A stretch of DNA of 64,000 bases from an uncultured Muribaculaceae bacterium (GCA_964408085.1 CAYOYB010000004.1:1057-65056); one strand, 5' to 3'. Positions 19,254-28,986 are shown, counted from the stretch's first letter. The notes: generated by a model from the sequence alone, not told the origin. Translations and numbers: made by a program.

Positions 19254-19551
19254 CTATATAACACCAACCTTTCCATACAAACTTTTGTCTAGATGTAATA
19301 TATTTAAAGAAAATAGCAATAAATTTTCTAACATTGTGATAATACGCTAACGGAAATACCAGAAAAGCACAAAAGACTCCTGGTATTAGCGCAATTATCG
19401 TATAAGTCATTTGTTCTATAGGTAAAGCTAATAATAAAATAAACGAAATTATTACTCCTATCGATAAAATTACTAAATCAGTTGGTTTAAATAAACCTAA
19501 AATTAATGCTGATTTTTTTGAATTAGCTGGTATAAGAAAATTATTATACAC
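19228..19551 (-). CDS. VirB3/PrgI/TcpE-like small membrane protein
   Basis: 107 aa with two adjacent TM helices. Sits immediately upstream of VirB4, as in Gram-positive T4SS operons. Confidence 0.55.
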   Translation of the reverse strand: MYNNFLIPANSKKSALILGLFKPTDLVILSIGVIISFILLLALPIEQMTYTIIALIPGVFCAFLVFPLAYYHNVRKFIAIFFKYITSRQKFVWKGWCYIDEVNKFKK

Positions 19552-19568
19552 TAGTTACCCCTCCCTTT

Positions 19569-21767
19569 TTATTTTTGTCTTTTATTTACTCTATCAATTG
19601 CTTCAATATCTTTATTGTAGCCTGCTATATCTTTATTCATCTGATTAATAGCACCTTGATATTTCTTATATTCTGCATCTTTATCATTATATCTTCTCTT
19701 CCAATATGCTTCTTCATTAGTAGCACTAGTAAGTCTTCTATTATAAGCATCAACACGTTTGATATCATCCTCAATACGATTTTGAAGTGTATTAAAGTTA
19801 GTAGAATTAGTCATATTAAACTTACTTTCAAACTCTGACAATTGATCAGCACTTACTCCTCTATGAGCATTTGTATATAATTTTCTATAATCAGAATATG
19901 ATAATTGACTAAATTTCTTAGTTACGCCATCAACTTCAAATGTATAATCTTGTAGTTGTTCATTATAAGTTCCGCCTAATTCCTTAAATCTATCTTTATC
20001 TATCTTTTCCTCATTATCACGAAGATTTTGTAGCTCGTGAACAGCATTATTATGTTGTTGTAAAGCAGCCATTCGCTCACTAGATAGTGTTGAAAGTTGA
20101 TTTTGAGCATCACGCAATTTATTTTCTGTACTCTTGATATCTGCCTTTATACGTCCTTTTGGACTATAGCTATCTTTAATACCTGCCATTTCGGCAAACT
20201 TTCCATATGCTCCTCTAATTGATGGAAGGATTGGATAAGCAGATTTATATTTATTACCTGCTGTTGCATAAGTCACGGCTCTTGCATTTCTAATATCACC
20301 TGTTCTTGAAATGGCGGTAGACGCAATATTTTTAGCGCTATCCATAACATCCATAGGATTTAGACTACCATTCAATCCCTCACCAGATGGTTTGAAACTT
20401 TTAAATGCACCCAATGCTGAACGTGCACCTGTTCCAACGGCACCTGTTCCAAATGCTAAACCTGAACGAAGCAGACCACCGATACCTAACTTACCATTAT
20501 TCTCATCTTTAATCATTTTACCTGTACCAATAGCATTACCTATTGCTCCACCAATAATACCACCAGTTACACCAGCAATACCACTAGCTATAGCTGTAGT
20601 ACTTTTAGCGTCTCTCATAAATCCACCAAGACTACCAAATAGATTTTCAATCAATTTTGGAAGTTGTAAAGCAAATAAGAAACAACCAATGATTAAGAAT
20701 ATGATTACTAATGGATAATCTTTAAAAGTATATGCCGTTCCTGAATAACCAGCAACACCATTAGAATTAGTTAATATTTTTGTTATAATTAAAATTGCAA
20801 AATAGAAAGCTATTAATCTTATAAATAATTCTAGGAATGTTTTTATTGTTTCTTTAAGCCATTTATTAAACATACTATTAGAATTATCCTTAGGTTCAAT
20901 ATAAGTAATAATTGGTAATGGTGCAATTAAACTTAAAAATGATAATTTAACACTACGAATTGCCACACCTACAGCAATTACTACTAAAACAACTATACAA
21001 ATTGCACCTATCAATAAACCAAATAAGCCATCAACATGAACAACAGCCGTTTTATCGATTTGTAACATAACTACATCAATTAAGGCTTTATACATATTTC
21101 GTTCTTCTAAACCTTCACACATGGCTTTATAAATATCTGGGTCTTCTTTTTGGATAACCTTTTCAACACAATGACTATGGCAAACTTGCTTTTCACCCAT
21201 ATCAGTTGCCTTAATAAATTCATCACAAGATGACAAATCGACACCTGTTGTATCACCCCATATATCTGCTTCCGTATTAAAAGTAACAAAAGGAGCCAAA
21301 ATAGAATAAGCTAAATAATCTGAGGTTTTTATACCAAATCCAACTTCAGGATCAACATTCTCTGAATCAGCTTTACCAGAACCATTACCAAAAACTAATT
21401 TTTCTAAAATTCCATCTTGTAAAATTAATCCTTGTAATTCAAATGCTTTTTTAAAAATAGTGTTTATAGTTCCAAGTAAAACTAGAACCACTACTACTTT
21501 AGTTAAAATTTTACCAGCCCCAGCCTGTTGGTCCGCAATCTTATCAGGATTGGTAATATATTGAATGACAGAAAAGGCTAGTTTAAATATCATGAATAAT
21601 CCAATAAGTCCAAAAACATTACTTTTCAATTTGTCAAAGGCATCACTACCAAGCAAATCCGCATCAGCTAACATCACAATCAAATTATATAATGATCGAA
21701 CCATAAAGCTAATAAATTTAAAAACAAAAGTACTAAGTAAATTAGAAACAGCTCTTACTAATGACAT
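19569..21767 (-). CDS. VirB6-like polytopic T4SS membrane protein, paralog A
   Basis: 732 aa. N-terminal TM pair, a Cys-containing extracytoplasmic loop, a TM bundle, a Gly-rich segment (GIAGVTGGIIGGAIGNAIGTG) and a C-terminal coiled coil. The N-terminus is alignable with paralog B. Confidence 0.65.
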   Translation of the reverse strand: MSLVRAVSNLLSTFVFKFISFMVRSLYNLIVMLADADLLGSDAFDKLKSNVFGLIGLFMIFKLAFSVIQYITNPDKIADQQAGAGKILTKVVVVLVLLGTINTIFKKAFELQGLILQDGILEKLVFGNGSGKADSENVDPEVGFGIKTSDYLAYSILAPFVTFNTEADIWGDTTGVDLSSCDEFIKATDMGEKQVCHSHCVEKVIQKEDPDIYKAMCEGLEERNMYKALIDVVMLQIDKTAVVHVDGLFGLLIGAICIVVLVVIAVGVAIRSVKLSFLSLIAPLPIITYIEPKDNSNSMFNKWLKETIKTFLELFIRLIAFYFAILIITKILTNSNGVAGYSGTAYTFKDYPLVIIFLIIGCFLFALQLPKLIENLFGSLGGFMRDAKSTTAIASGIAGVTGGIIGGAIGNAIGTGKMIKDENNGKLGIGGLLRSGLAFGTGAVGTGARSALGAFKSFKPSGEGLNGSLNPMDVMDSAKNIASTAISRTGDIRNARAVTYATAGNKYKSAYPILPSIRGAYGKFAEMAGIKDSYSPKGRIKADIKSTENKLRDAQNQLSTLSSERMAALQQHNNAVHELQNLRDNEEKIDKDRFKELGGTYNEQLQDYTFEVDGVTKKFSQLSYSDYRKLYTNAHRGVSADQLSEFESKFNMTNSTNFNTLQNRIEDDIKRVDAYNRRLTSATNEEAYWKRRYNDKDAEYKKYQGAINQMNKDIAGYNKDIEAIDRVNKRQK

Positions 21768-21846
21768 TTATTACCACACCTCCCAAGGGCTATATTATTA
21801 TAGTATACCATATAATCTATTAACAATTCAATTATTTTAAGTATAA

Positions 21847-23904
21847 TTATTGTCCTTTTATATATTTATTTAACAATTCTAATCTTTCCTCAATATCATC
21901 AAGTTCTTTTTGCATTTCTTCTTGTTTTGAATATAACTCATCATATTTATCATATGTTTCTTGATTTATAACATCTGAGCCTTCACCACGAGCATTCATT
22001 TCACTAACATATTCTGCATAATTATCATAATGTTGCTCGAATGCTTTTTCAATATTACCTGGATTATCCTCAGAGGCCAAACTAAATGATAAATATTCTT
22101 GACCTTGTTTATACGAATCTTGTAAATTAGTTTGACGAGTTTCAAGTGCTGTTACTTCTGATTTCATATCATCAACAGACAAATCAGATATACCAGTTCT
22201 TCTTGCTTGGCGTTTCATACTACTTTCAGTTATACTAGCTGTAACATCACCAGATTTATAAGCACCTTTATTCTCAACTAATTTTTTAGCTGTTTTGTAC
22301 CCAGAACTTACACCACCAGCAACGATACTACCTGGAACTCTTAATACACTAATTGGAGCACCAGCTACATTCTTAATAGTAGAACCAAATACTCCCAATT
22401 TTCCAAAAAATCCGCTAGATTGAGCTAAATTTGTTTTAAAGTTTTTAATACTTCCTGAAGCATTTGAAAAACTAGTTTTCACATTTCTAATGTTTTCAGG
22501 AGTCGCCGCTATATTAGCAGCTGTTCCACCAATTGTAGAAATTCCAATAGCAGAAGCCCCAATAGCAAATTTTCCCACATCTTTAATTAAACTTAAAAAA
22601 CCATTCTCCTTATTTAAGTTAAATAAAGTACATAATAATTGTGGCATTTGGAAAGCAAACAAGAAAATACCAATTATAATAAATACATTTACCATTATTT
22701 CGTTCTTTGAAGCCGTACTTAATAACCATTTAAATAATAAAACTGAAAAAAATACTACTGCCAATCTAATAAACAATTGTAAATATGTTGTAATAGTTTC
22801 CTTAAGCCAACCATTAAATAATTTACTATCTTTAACATCAATATAAGATATAATTGGAATTGGTGAAATTACCTGTAAAAAAGCTAATTTAATGCATCTA
22901 ATCGCAATATTAACACAAATAATCACTAATAAGAACGTTACAAGTAACCCTACCAATGTAGCTAGGATAAAATGATACTCAAAAATAAAATCACCATCAG
23001 AATATGTCTCTGTTTCGGGATTACACGCATGACCATGTATACCACTATAAAATACTGGATCAGTTTCTATAGCTGTTACAATTTCCGCTGATAGCATAGT
23101 CGAAACAGATTTTTCATCTCTAGCCTTATTGATTAAATCATATACATATTTTCCGTCTCTAACACCACAATAATGCGTCCATTCTGGAAACATAGTAATA
23201 GCGGGATCCTTACCAGATTTGCAATTATAATATAAATCTCGACTATCAGGATAAACACCATTAGCATTTGGCACACCATAGGCAGCATTTCGTGTTGATG
23301 GATAATATAAATAATAAGCACATTTAGGCAATGTAGGGCATAATTCACCACCAGGAACTGGCACACAACAATACTTTAAATCGATTGCATTTGTTGACTT
23401 ATCTTCTTCTAAAAATATATTAGGGCAATCATCAAAAGCTAAAGCTAAAGGGCCAGAAACATTATAATCTAAAAAATTACTAAAAACTAAATAGCTAACT
23501 TCATCACTAATATTTTCGAGTTCTTTTTCACCAATTCTATTTCCAAGAACAATATTTCCAATAATATTATCACGCAAAATAATTCCTTGTAATTGATAAG
23601 CTTTTTCAAAAATTACAGGAACTGTAGGAATTAAAACTAAAGCAATAATAACTCTTTGAACTATTTTTATAGCTGATTGTTGTTTATCGGGATTAATAAT
23701 ATAATTAATTATAACTAAAGCTAATTTAAATAACATAAATAGACCAATTATACCGTATATACGCTCTATAATGTCATTAATATATTTATTCGCTATATTA
23801 ACATCAGCAAGTTGTAAAATTAGTGTATAAATTTTACTAATTAAATCAGCGATAAAAATATCTACTGAAGCAAATAAAGATCTAACACTAGATACAAAAT
23901 CCAT
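21847..23904 (-). CDS. VirB6-like polytopic T4SS membrane protein, paralog B
   Basis: 685 aa with the same architecture as paralog A. Shared blocks: LADxxL/I...GLFMxFKLAxxxIxYIxNPDK and SPxPIISYIxxKD...FNxWLKETIxTxLxLFIRL. Confidence 0.65.
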   Translation of the reverse strand: MDFVSSVRSLFASVDIFIADLISKIYTLILQLADVNIANKYINDIIERIYGIIGLFMLFKLALVIINYIINPDKQQSAIKIVQRVIIALVLIPTVPVIFEKAYQLQGIILRDNIIGNIVLGNRIGEKELENISDEVSYLVFSNFLDYNVSGPLALAFDDCPNIFLEEDKSTNAIDLKYCCVPVPGGELCPTLPKCAYYLYYPSTRNAAYGVPNANGVYPDSRDLYYNCKSGKDPAITMFPEWTHYCGVRDGKYVYDLINKARDEKSVSTMLSAEIVTAIETDPVFYSGIHGHACNPETETYSDGDFIFEYHFILATLVGLLVTFLLVIICVNIAIRCIKLAFLQVISPIPIISYIDVKDSKLFNGWLKETITTYLQLFIRLAVVFFSVLLFKWLLSTASKNEIMVNVFIIIGIFLFAFQMPQLLCTLFNLNKENGFLSLIKDVGKFAIGASAIGISTIGGTAANIAATPENIRNVKTSFSNASGSIKNFKTNLAQSSGFFGKLGVFGSTIKNVAGAPISVLRVPGSIVAGGVSSGYKTAKKLVENKGAYKSGDVTASITESSMKRQARRTGISDLSVDDMKSEVTALETRQTNLQDSYKQGQEYLSFSLASEDNPGNIEKAFEQHYDNYAEYVSEMNARGEGSDVINQETYDKYDELYSKQEEMQKELDDIEERLELLNKYIKGQ

Positions 23905-23932
23905 TTACATCACTCTTTCTAGCAAAAAACTA

Positions 23933-24280
23933 TTATAAACATGTTCCCCCATGATCTACACCAGATATATCTAAAATCCAGTCTAATAATAATGGTAAAA
24001 TAAATAAAATCACAATTGCAATTAATCTTTTAGCAAAATTTTGACCAGCTTTTTTCAAACTATCATCCTTACCACTAGTAATCGCTTTAAAAAAGTCTAG
24101 TATACCTAAAACTATCCCAATTGCTAAAGCAACCCATTTTACCATATCAAATAAATCTTTCAAAAATTCAGCAATATTTGAACCAACTACTTGTTTACAA
24201 TCAGTAGCTGCCATTATCCTTCCTGTTAAAGAAAAAAAAGAAAGGAAGAAAAACATAAATGTATTTTTAATTTTTTTCAT
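23933..24280 (-). CDS. VirB2/TrbC-like pilin-like protein, paralog P4 (with cleavable-looking signal peptide)
   Basis: Start moved to MKKIKNTF (ATG 24280, GGAGG RBS). Signal-like N-terminus ending IMAATDC. Core is GILDFFKAITSGKDDSLKKAGQNFAKRLIA between hydrophobic helices. Confidence 0.7.
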   Translation of the reverse strand: MKKIKNTFMFFFLSFFSLTGRIMAATDCKQVVGSNIAEFLKDLFDMVKWVALAIGIVLGILDFFKAITSGKDDSLKKAGQNFAKRLIAIVILFILPLLLDWILDISGVDHGGTCL

Positions 24281-24306
24281 ATAAGCCTCCAGCATTTCTC
24301 ATAATA

Positions 24307-24335
24307 ATTATACCATACAAAAAATAATAAAACAA
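24307..24335 (-). promoter_or_regulatory. candidate sigma-A promoter inside the cluster, upstream of P4
   Basis: On the - strand: TTGTTT, a 17-nt spacer ending in TGG, then TATAAT. It lies about 27 nt upstream of the P4 start codon. Confidence 0.5.
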
Positions 24336-24420
24336 TAAAAAGTAATTGAACTAAACCATCATATATGAATTAATAAAGCATTAAAAATATATAATATAAA
24401 AACTATTAAACCAATTTATT

Positions 24421-24455
24421 AAAAGCATTATAAAAGGATGATTTTTCATCATCCT
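24421..24455 (-). terminator. candidate intrinsic terminator/attenuator downstream of P5
   Basis: On the - strand, AGGAUGAU-GAAAA-AUCAUCCU (8-bp perfect stem) is followed by UUUAUAAUGCUUUU. It lies about 85 nt after the P5 stop, within a 243-bp intergenic gap. Confidence 0.45.
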
Positions 24456-24538
24456 CTATAATTAATTTCTTTGTCAAATTCATTATCTAGCAATTTTATC
24501 TGATAAAGAATTAAAATAATTCAAAAGTTAGTTTCAGT

Positions 24539-24895
24539 TTATTTTCCACAATCATTATTAACAAAACAATCGAAGCAACCCCAAAATTTATTATTTTCTG
24601 ATTTATCCCCACCAACTAATGAAACTACAAATTGAACCAATGAAACTACAAAGAATACCAAAACGGCAATAACTAATCTCTTAATTAATAATCCTTGATT
24701 TTTCTTTATATCATCTTCCTTTTGGGACATTACAGCTTTACCTAAATCTAGTAAACCAAAAAATACAACCATAATTGGAATAACTACTTTCATTATATTA
24801 ATTATTGTTGAAATAGAAGTAGGAAGAACAGTATCGAATTCTATTTCACCTCCACCACAACTAGTTGTTGCTAAAACATTAATTAAATCTGTCAT
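24539..24895 (-). CDS. VirB2/TrbC-like pilin-like protein, paralog P5
   Basis: 118 aa with a GGGAGG RBS. Core is GLLDLGKAVMSQKEDDIKKNQGLLIKRLVIA between hydrophobic helices. C-terminal tail is CFDCFVNNDCGK. Confidence 0.75.
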   Translation of the reverse strand: MTDLINVLATTSCGGGEIEFDTVLPTSISTIINIMKVVIPIMVVFFGLLDLGKAVMSQKEDDIKKNQGLLIKRLVIAVLVFFVVSLVQFVVSLVGGDKSENNKFWGCFDCFVNNDCGK

Positions 24896-24953
24896 TATAA
24901 TACCTCCCTAAAGCTTATATTACATTAAAACTTAGCAAAAGTCAATATTTAGC

Positions 24954-25955
24954 TTAAAACAACCCCAATATTTTATTCTTTTTTGACATTTCCTCGTCAG
25001 TTTCAACTTCAAATCCTAATTTCAATAAAAATCTACTTAAAGCGTGAATGTTTCTTTCACGATCATCTAATGGTGGTAAATTATAATATACTTTAGATTT
25101 TGATTCATACTCAAATTCCAAAATATCCTTAGAACTTAATAAGCTCTTATTTAAAATTAACTTTTTCTCTTCTTTTTTTACTTTTGAAAATGCATTTCGA
25201 TCTAGCATCATTAATTTATTTAACTTAATAATTGATGGCTCTACTAAGCACAACACATCATTACATAAGCTTTCAGCCTGACGACTAGTATTAATATCAA
25301 TTAACGCAATATCTTTATCACTATATTTTACAATTGCATTACCAATATCATTACTAGTTGAATTAACCATATCCTTATCGTTAAAATAAATAAAATCACG
25401 TTTATCAACTTCAATAGCTACTACTGAATAATGTTTTGATAAAAGTTTTTTCATCATATATATTAAAGTTGAAGCCCCAGCTTGCTTAGTAAGATTTTTA
25501 ACTCCTATTACAATTGTTCCTCTACCTCTAGCATAAGTTTCTCCACTTTCACCATCATCATCATTTTTCTCTACTTCTAATTGATGAATATGAGCTACAT
25601 CACGATAAGTGTTTGGATGATTATATAAATACATAATACCTTCAGCATTTTTAGTAAAATTATAAATTCCCATCGAAATTAATTTAGATAAATACTCAGT
25701 TGAAGAACTTTCAATTGTATCATCTAAAAGTAAAATTACCTTTTCCATATCTAGAGCAATAGAAAGTTTTTGAAGATTTTTAATATCCTTATAATCCTTT
25801 ATTGCAGTTATATCTAAAATCATTCTTTGAAAATAAAAGTTTTGAAAAGTTGAAATAATTTCTTCTGCCTCAAATTCTCCATTCAAAGATTTAATTATAT
25901 CAATATCTAAACCTTGTAACATTGCATTATATTTGTTTGTTATAATTACGTTCAT
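24954..25955 (-). CDS. TadZ/CpaE-like protein (receiver-like N-domain + ParA/MinD-like domain with degenerate Walker A)
   Basis: 333 aa. The C-terminal half (IVIGVKNLTKQAGASTLIYMMKKLL...VVAIEVD...ALIDINTS) has a MinD/ParA layout but lacks the GKT lysine. Its position next to Tad-like genes supports the call. Confidence 0.5.
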   Translation of the reverse strand: MNVIITNKYNAMLQGLDIDIIKSLNGEFEAEEIISTFQNFYFQRMILDITAIKDYKDIKNLQKLSIALDMEKVILLLDDTIESSSTEYLSKLISMGIYNFTKNAEGIMYLYNHPNTYRDVAHIHQLEVEKNDDDGESGETYARGRGTIVIGVKNLTKQAGASTLIYMMKKLLSKHYSVVAIEVDKRDFIYFNDKDMVNSTSNDIGNAIVKYSDKDIALIDINTSRQAESLCNDVLCLVEPSIIKLNKLMMLDRNAFSKVKKEEKKLILNKSLLSSKDILEFEYESKSKVYYNLPPLDDRERNIHALSRFLLKLGFEVETDEEMSKKNKILGLF

Positions 25956-25967
25956 ACTATCACCTTC

Positions 25968-26462
25968 CTATTTATCTCCTAAATCATAAATAATACGTGT
26001 TTCACCATAAACAGGCAATTCTAATTGTGCTCCAATAACTGGTATATCAAAATACATAAAAGTCTTGACTCCATAATAATATCCGCGTTCTGATGGAAAA
26101 GCATAAATACAATAATGATAATTAGAATGTGAATTTAAAGTAATTCCACCTTTTTTTGATACACTTTCATCATCACAATTATTTTGTGACCAACCACCAT
26201 AGTTTGCCTTATAACCAATTTCTGATAATTCGCGATTTATTTGTTCTTCTAAATCGCTTCCCTCTAAATCAATCGGTTCTGGATTACCGTAAATATCTAC
26301 CTTAGTATTATATTCAGCATAAGCAGATACATAATGTAGAATTTTATTTTTTACTTTATTAGCCCTTGAATAATTAACAGCGGCAGTTAAAATAACCATC
26401 ATTAAAAAAGCAAATGCTAAAACTAAGCCAAATACAAAAGCATTTCCCATTGATTCTTTCAT
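25968..26462 (-). CDS. TadE-like pseudopilin / prepilin-like protein
   Basis: The N-terminus MKESMG|NAFVFGLVLAFAFLMMVIL is a short charged leader ending in Gly, followed by a hydrophobic helix. Paralogous to the next gene (C-terminal YFDIPVIGAQLELPVYGE vs YIDMPIIGDYFRIPVYGE). Confidence 0.6.
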   Translation of the reverse strand: MKESMGNAFVFGLVLAFAFLMMVILTAAVNYSRANKVKNKILHYVSAYAEYNTKVDIYGNPEPIDLEGSDLEEQINRELSEIGYKANYGGWSQNNCDDESVSKKGGITLNSHSNYHYCIYAFPSERGYYYGVKTFMYFDIPVIGAQLELPVYGETRIIYDLGDK

Positions 26463-26474
26463 TTAACCACATCC

Positions 26475-26945
26475 TTATTCAAGAGTATCAAAATAATTTG
26501 AGCAATAATTCCAAAAGCAGAAAACACGGTTACTTTCACCATAAACAGGTATTCTAAAATAATCACCAATAATTGGCATATCTATATATATATATGTTAC
26601 AACACCAAATTTAACATACTGCCCATTATGAGCACGTGTCTCTTCAGATTTTGCATATACACAAAACCAATAATCAGGATTTAAATCATCCATAGGCTGC
26701 ATACCACGGCGAAAATTGCAAGAACTTTTTGTATCAGTCTGATAACCTATACTATAAAGGTAATCATTAATACTTTGAGCTGAATTTTCGTTATAACCCT
26801 CATATTTTTCAATAGCATTTATAATTCTATTATTAGCTTTAAAGGCCTTAGAGTAACTCATGGTTCCAGCCAGAATAGCAAAAGTTATTGTAATAAAAAC
26901 AATTATAATATTATATAGTGCTATGCTACCAATACCTTCACGCAT
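26475..26945 (-). CDS. TadE-like pseudopilin / prepilin-like protein
   Basis: N-terminus MREGIG|SIALYNIIIVFITITFAILA. Paralog of 25968-26462. Confidence 0.6.
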   Translation of the reverse strand: MREGIGSIALYNIIIVFITITFAILAGTMSYSKAFKANNRIINAIEKYEGYNENSAQSINDYLYSIGYQTDTKSSCNFRRGMQPMDDLNPDYWFCVYAKSEETRAHNGQYVKFGVVTYIYIDMPIIGDYFRIPVYGESNRVFCFWNYCSNYFDTLE

Positions 26946-26983
26946 AAGTTACTCCTCCTTATTTTAAAACTTAAAATTATTTA

Positions 26984-27235
26984 TTATTCTGTTGCTGCAT
27001 CGCCTTTTCCAGAATTATTTAAACAAGTTTGATAACCAGTTTCATCAAAATCACTGCTACCATTTGCTGCTTGACAAGAATTACCTTTCCAAACACCACC
27101 TGCATCAGTACAACAAGTCCTATTAGCTGTTGATTTCATCAAGCTATTAATTAATGGAGTTACTACAGCAACAATAACACCGATTAAAATAATAGCAACA
27201 ACTGTTAAGTTTGCTTCTCCTGCTGCTTCTTTCAT
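26984..27235 (-). CDS. small Flp-like pilin candidate (major pilin of the Tad-like module)
   Basis: 83 aa. MKEAAG|EANLTVVAIILIGVIVAVVTPLI, followed by a 50-aa tail with 4 Cys. Has a strong RBS (AAGGTGGTGA) and its own promoter-like element. Confidence 0.6.
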   Translation of the reverse strand: MKEAAGEANLTVVAIILIGVIVAVVTPLINSLMKSTANRTCCTDAGGVWKGNSCQAANGSSDFDETGYQTCLNNSGKGDAATE

Positions 27236-27268
27236 TATTTCACCACCTTTAACTTATATACCATTTAT

Positions 27269-27298
27269 ATTATACCACATTTTAAAATGAATAATCAA
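27269..27298 (-). promoter_or_regulatory. candidate strong promoter directly upstream of the Flp-like pilin gene
   Basis: On the - strand: TTGATT, an 18-nt spacer ending in TGG, then TATAAT. It lies in the 66-bp gap between the TadC-like and pilin genes. Confidence 0.5.
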
Positions 27299-27301
27299 TA
27301 T

Positions 27302-28084
27302 TTAAAATTGCATCATCATCATCATTGCAAATAGCATTAATGCTAAGATTCCACCACCTGTAGCAAATAGCATTTGCATAGTCTTGTTTTCCATTTTTTC
27401 AAGACGATCTTTATATTTTTGTTCACGAGCCTTATTTTGTAAATTAGAAACTGTTTTCGAAAACATCAATAATTGTTCATGCTTATTTTCTTGGCTTCCT
27501 AAACCAAGTCTATATAAAAGACGCATCATACGCATTGAATCACGAACTGGATATTCTTTAGCAAAGTCCATATATGGATCAACCGAAGAATCACCCTCTT
27601 CAATTCTAGCAACCATTCTTTCTAAACCTGGTTTAAACATTTCTGGAGCAGTTGCTATACTTCTATTTAAAGCAACTGGAACAGTGTAATGTTGAATTAA
27701 TATTTCTAATCCCTTTAAATAATAAGGTAACATTAAATTGATTTTATATAAATTAGCATTATAAAATCTACGTAATTGTGTATATGGCATTTTAAATACT
27801 AAAAAACCTATAACTACTGCAAAAATGAAATATATAAAAGTAAATTTACTCAAGAATAAGAAAATGAAGAATATAATCACTAAAAGTCCATTTCTTACTC
27901 TAATTCCAAATAACTTATTTACATCAACATCATTTCCATATCTAATAGTTAGTAAAAACTTATAATCATCTTCCATCAAAAATCTAAAATAAGGTTCGGT
28001 ATCATTAACAAATTTTCTTGTATCAATCTTTTTATTATATTCCAATATAAATAAAATAATTATTGCTATAAATATAAAATTCAT
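27302..28084 (-). CDS. TadC-like (T2SS-F family) pilus platform membrane protein
   Basis: 260 aa. TM segments at the N-terminal third and the extreme C-terminus, with a helical cytoplasmic domain between. Tandem with a similar gene (ATGA overlap), immediately downstream of the TadA-like ATPase. Confidence 0.55.
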   Translation of the reverse strand: MNFIFIAIIILFILEYNKKIDTRKFVNDTEPYFRFLMEDDYKFLLTIRYGNDVDVNKLFGIRVRNGLLVIIFFIFLFLSKFTFIYFIFAVVIGFLVFKMPYTQLRRFYNANLYKINLMLPYYLKGLEILIQHYTVPVALNRSIATAPEMFKPGLERMVARIEEGDSSVDPYMDFAKEYPVRDSMRMMRLLYRLGLGSQENKHEQLLMFSKTVSNLQNKAREQKYKDRLEKMENKTMQMLFATGGGILALMLFAMMMMMQF

Positions 28085-28986
28085 TATTCACCACCTACAT
28101 TCTGATTATAATATTTTTCACCACTTAATAAGAAGAATGAATTAATAACTATGATTAAATGAAGTAAAACTTGAACCATCCAATTATCAAGTAATTTAAT
28201 ATAGGAACTTACGCCTAACATAAATTGTACCATCATAACAAGTAAATATAGAATAACACCAAATTGTAAAAATTTTTTATGAAATTGAGCTCTATCCATA
28301 CGATCTCGATAAACATTTTCAACAAGCATATCAATATCAAGAGACATATTTTCTAAAGCTTCACCAGAATCTTTACTACCTTCATTAGTAATTTGTAAGA
28401 ACAATTGATGCATATTTTTTACAATATAATAGTCATATTTTTCATTCATATATTCTAATGCTTGATCAATTGTACCATTTTCATAAGCCATACTAATCAT
28501 AAGTTCAACATCTGCTTTAACAGGATCTTCTAAAACTCCTGATTGTACAACACCTTCTAATGATTTAACAAAAGATTGAGTAACGGCAAATTCCATAATT
28601 GTATTTGTCGTATATACCTGGATTTGTTCAAAAATAAATTCACTATATATTCTTTTGCATCTTAAATAGGTTATATATGGAATAACAGAAACAGCAATTA
28701 ATGCATAAATAATGGAAATTACAATACTATAAAAATACATATAAGAAACCATAAATCCAAAAACTGCAAAAACTGTTATCTGAATTGCGTATTGTCTAGG
28801 TGTATAATCTTGGCCTAGCTCTTTAACCTTTTCTCTAATTATTTTAAATGAATATGGTGCAAATTTATCATAAATTAAGCCAATATTCTTAGTAATAAAT
28901 TTATAAACATTATTACCAACATTACGTCTATATATTACAATAAACGAAATTATTAGAGCTATCGCAATAAACATTATTGCATTCAT
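28084..28986 (-). CDS. TadB-like (T2SS-F family) pilus platform membrane protein
   Basis: 300 aa. Same layout as 27302-28084, directly following the ATPase gene. Confidence 0.55.
   Translation of the reverse strand: MNAIMFIAIALIISFIVIYRRNVGNNVYKFITKNIGLIYDKFAPYSFKIIREKVKELGQDYTPRQYAIQITVFAVFGFMVSYMYFYSIVISIIYALIAVSVIPYITYLRCKRIYSEFIFEQIQVYTTNTIMEFAVTQSFVKSLEGVVQSGVLEDPVKADVELMISMAYENGTIDQALEYMNEKYDYYIVKNMHQLFLQITNEGSKDSGEALENMSLDIDMLVENVYRDRMDRAQFHKKFLQFGVILYLLVMMVQFMLGVSSYIKLLDNWMVQVLLHLIIVINSFFLLSGEKYYNQNVGGE

Noticed and set aside
20311-20718. 135-aa Pro-rich ORF on the + strand
   Set aside because: It is antisense to the Gly/Ala-rich segment of VirB6-like paralog A. The 22490-22846 ORF is explained the same way for paralog B.
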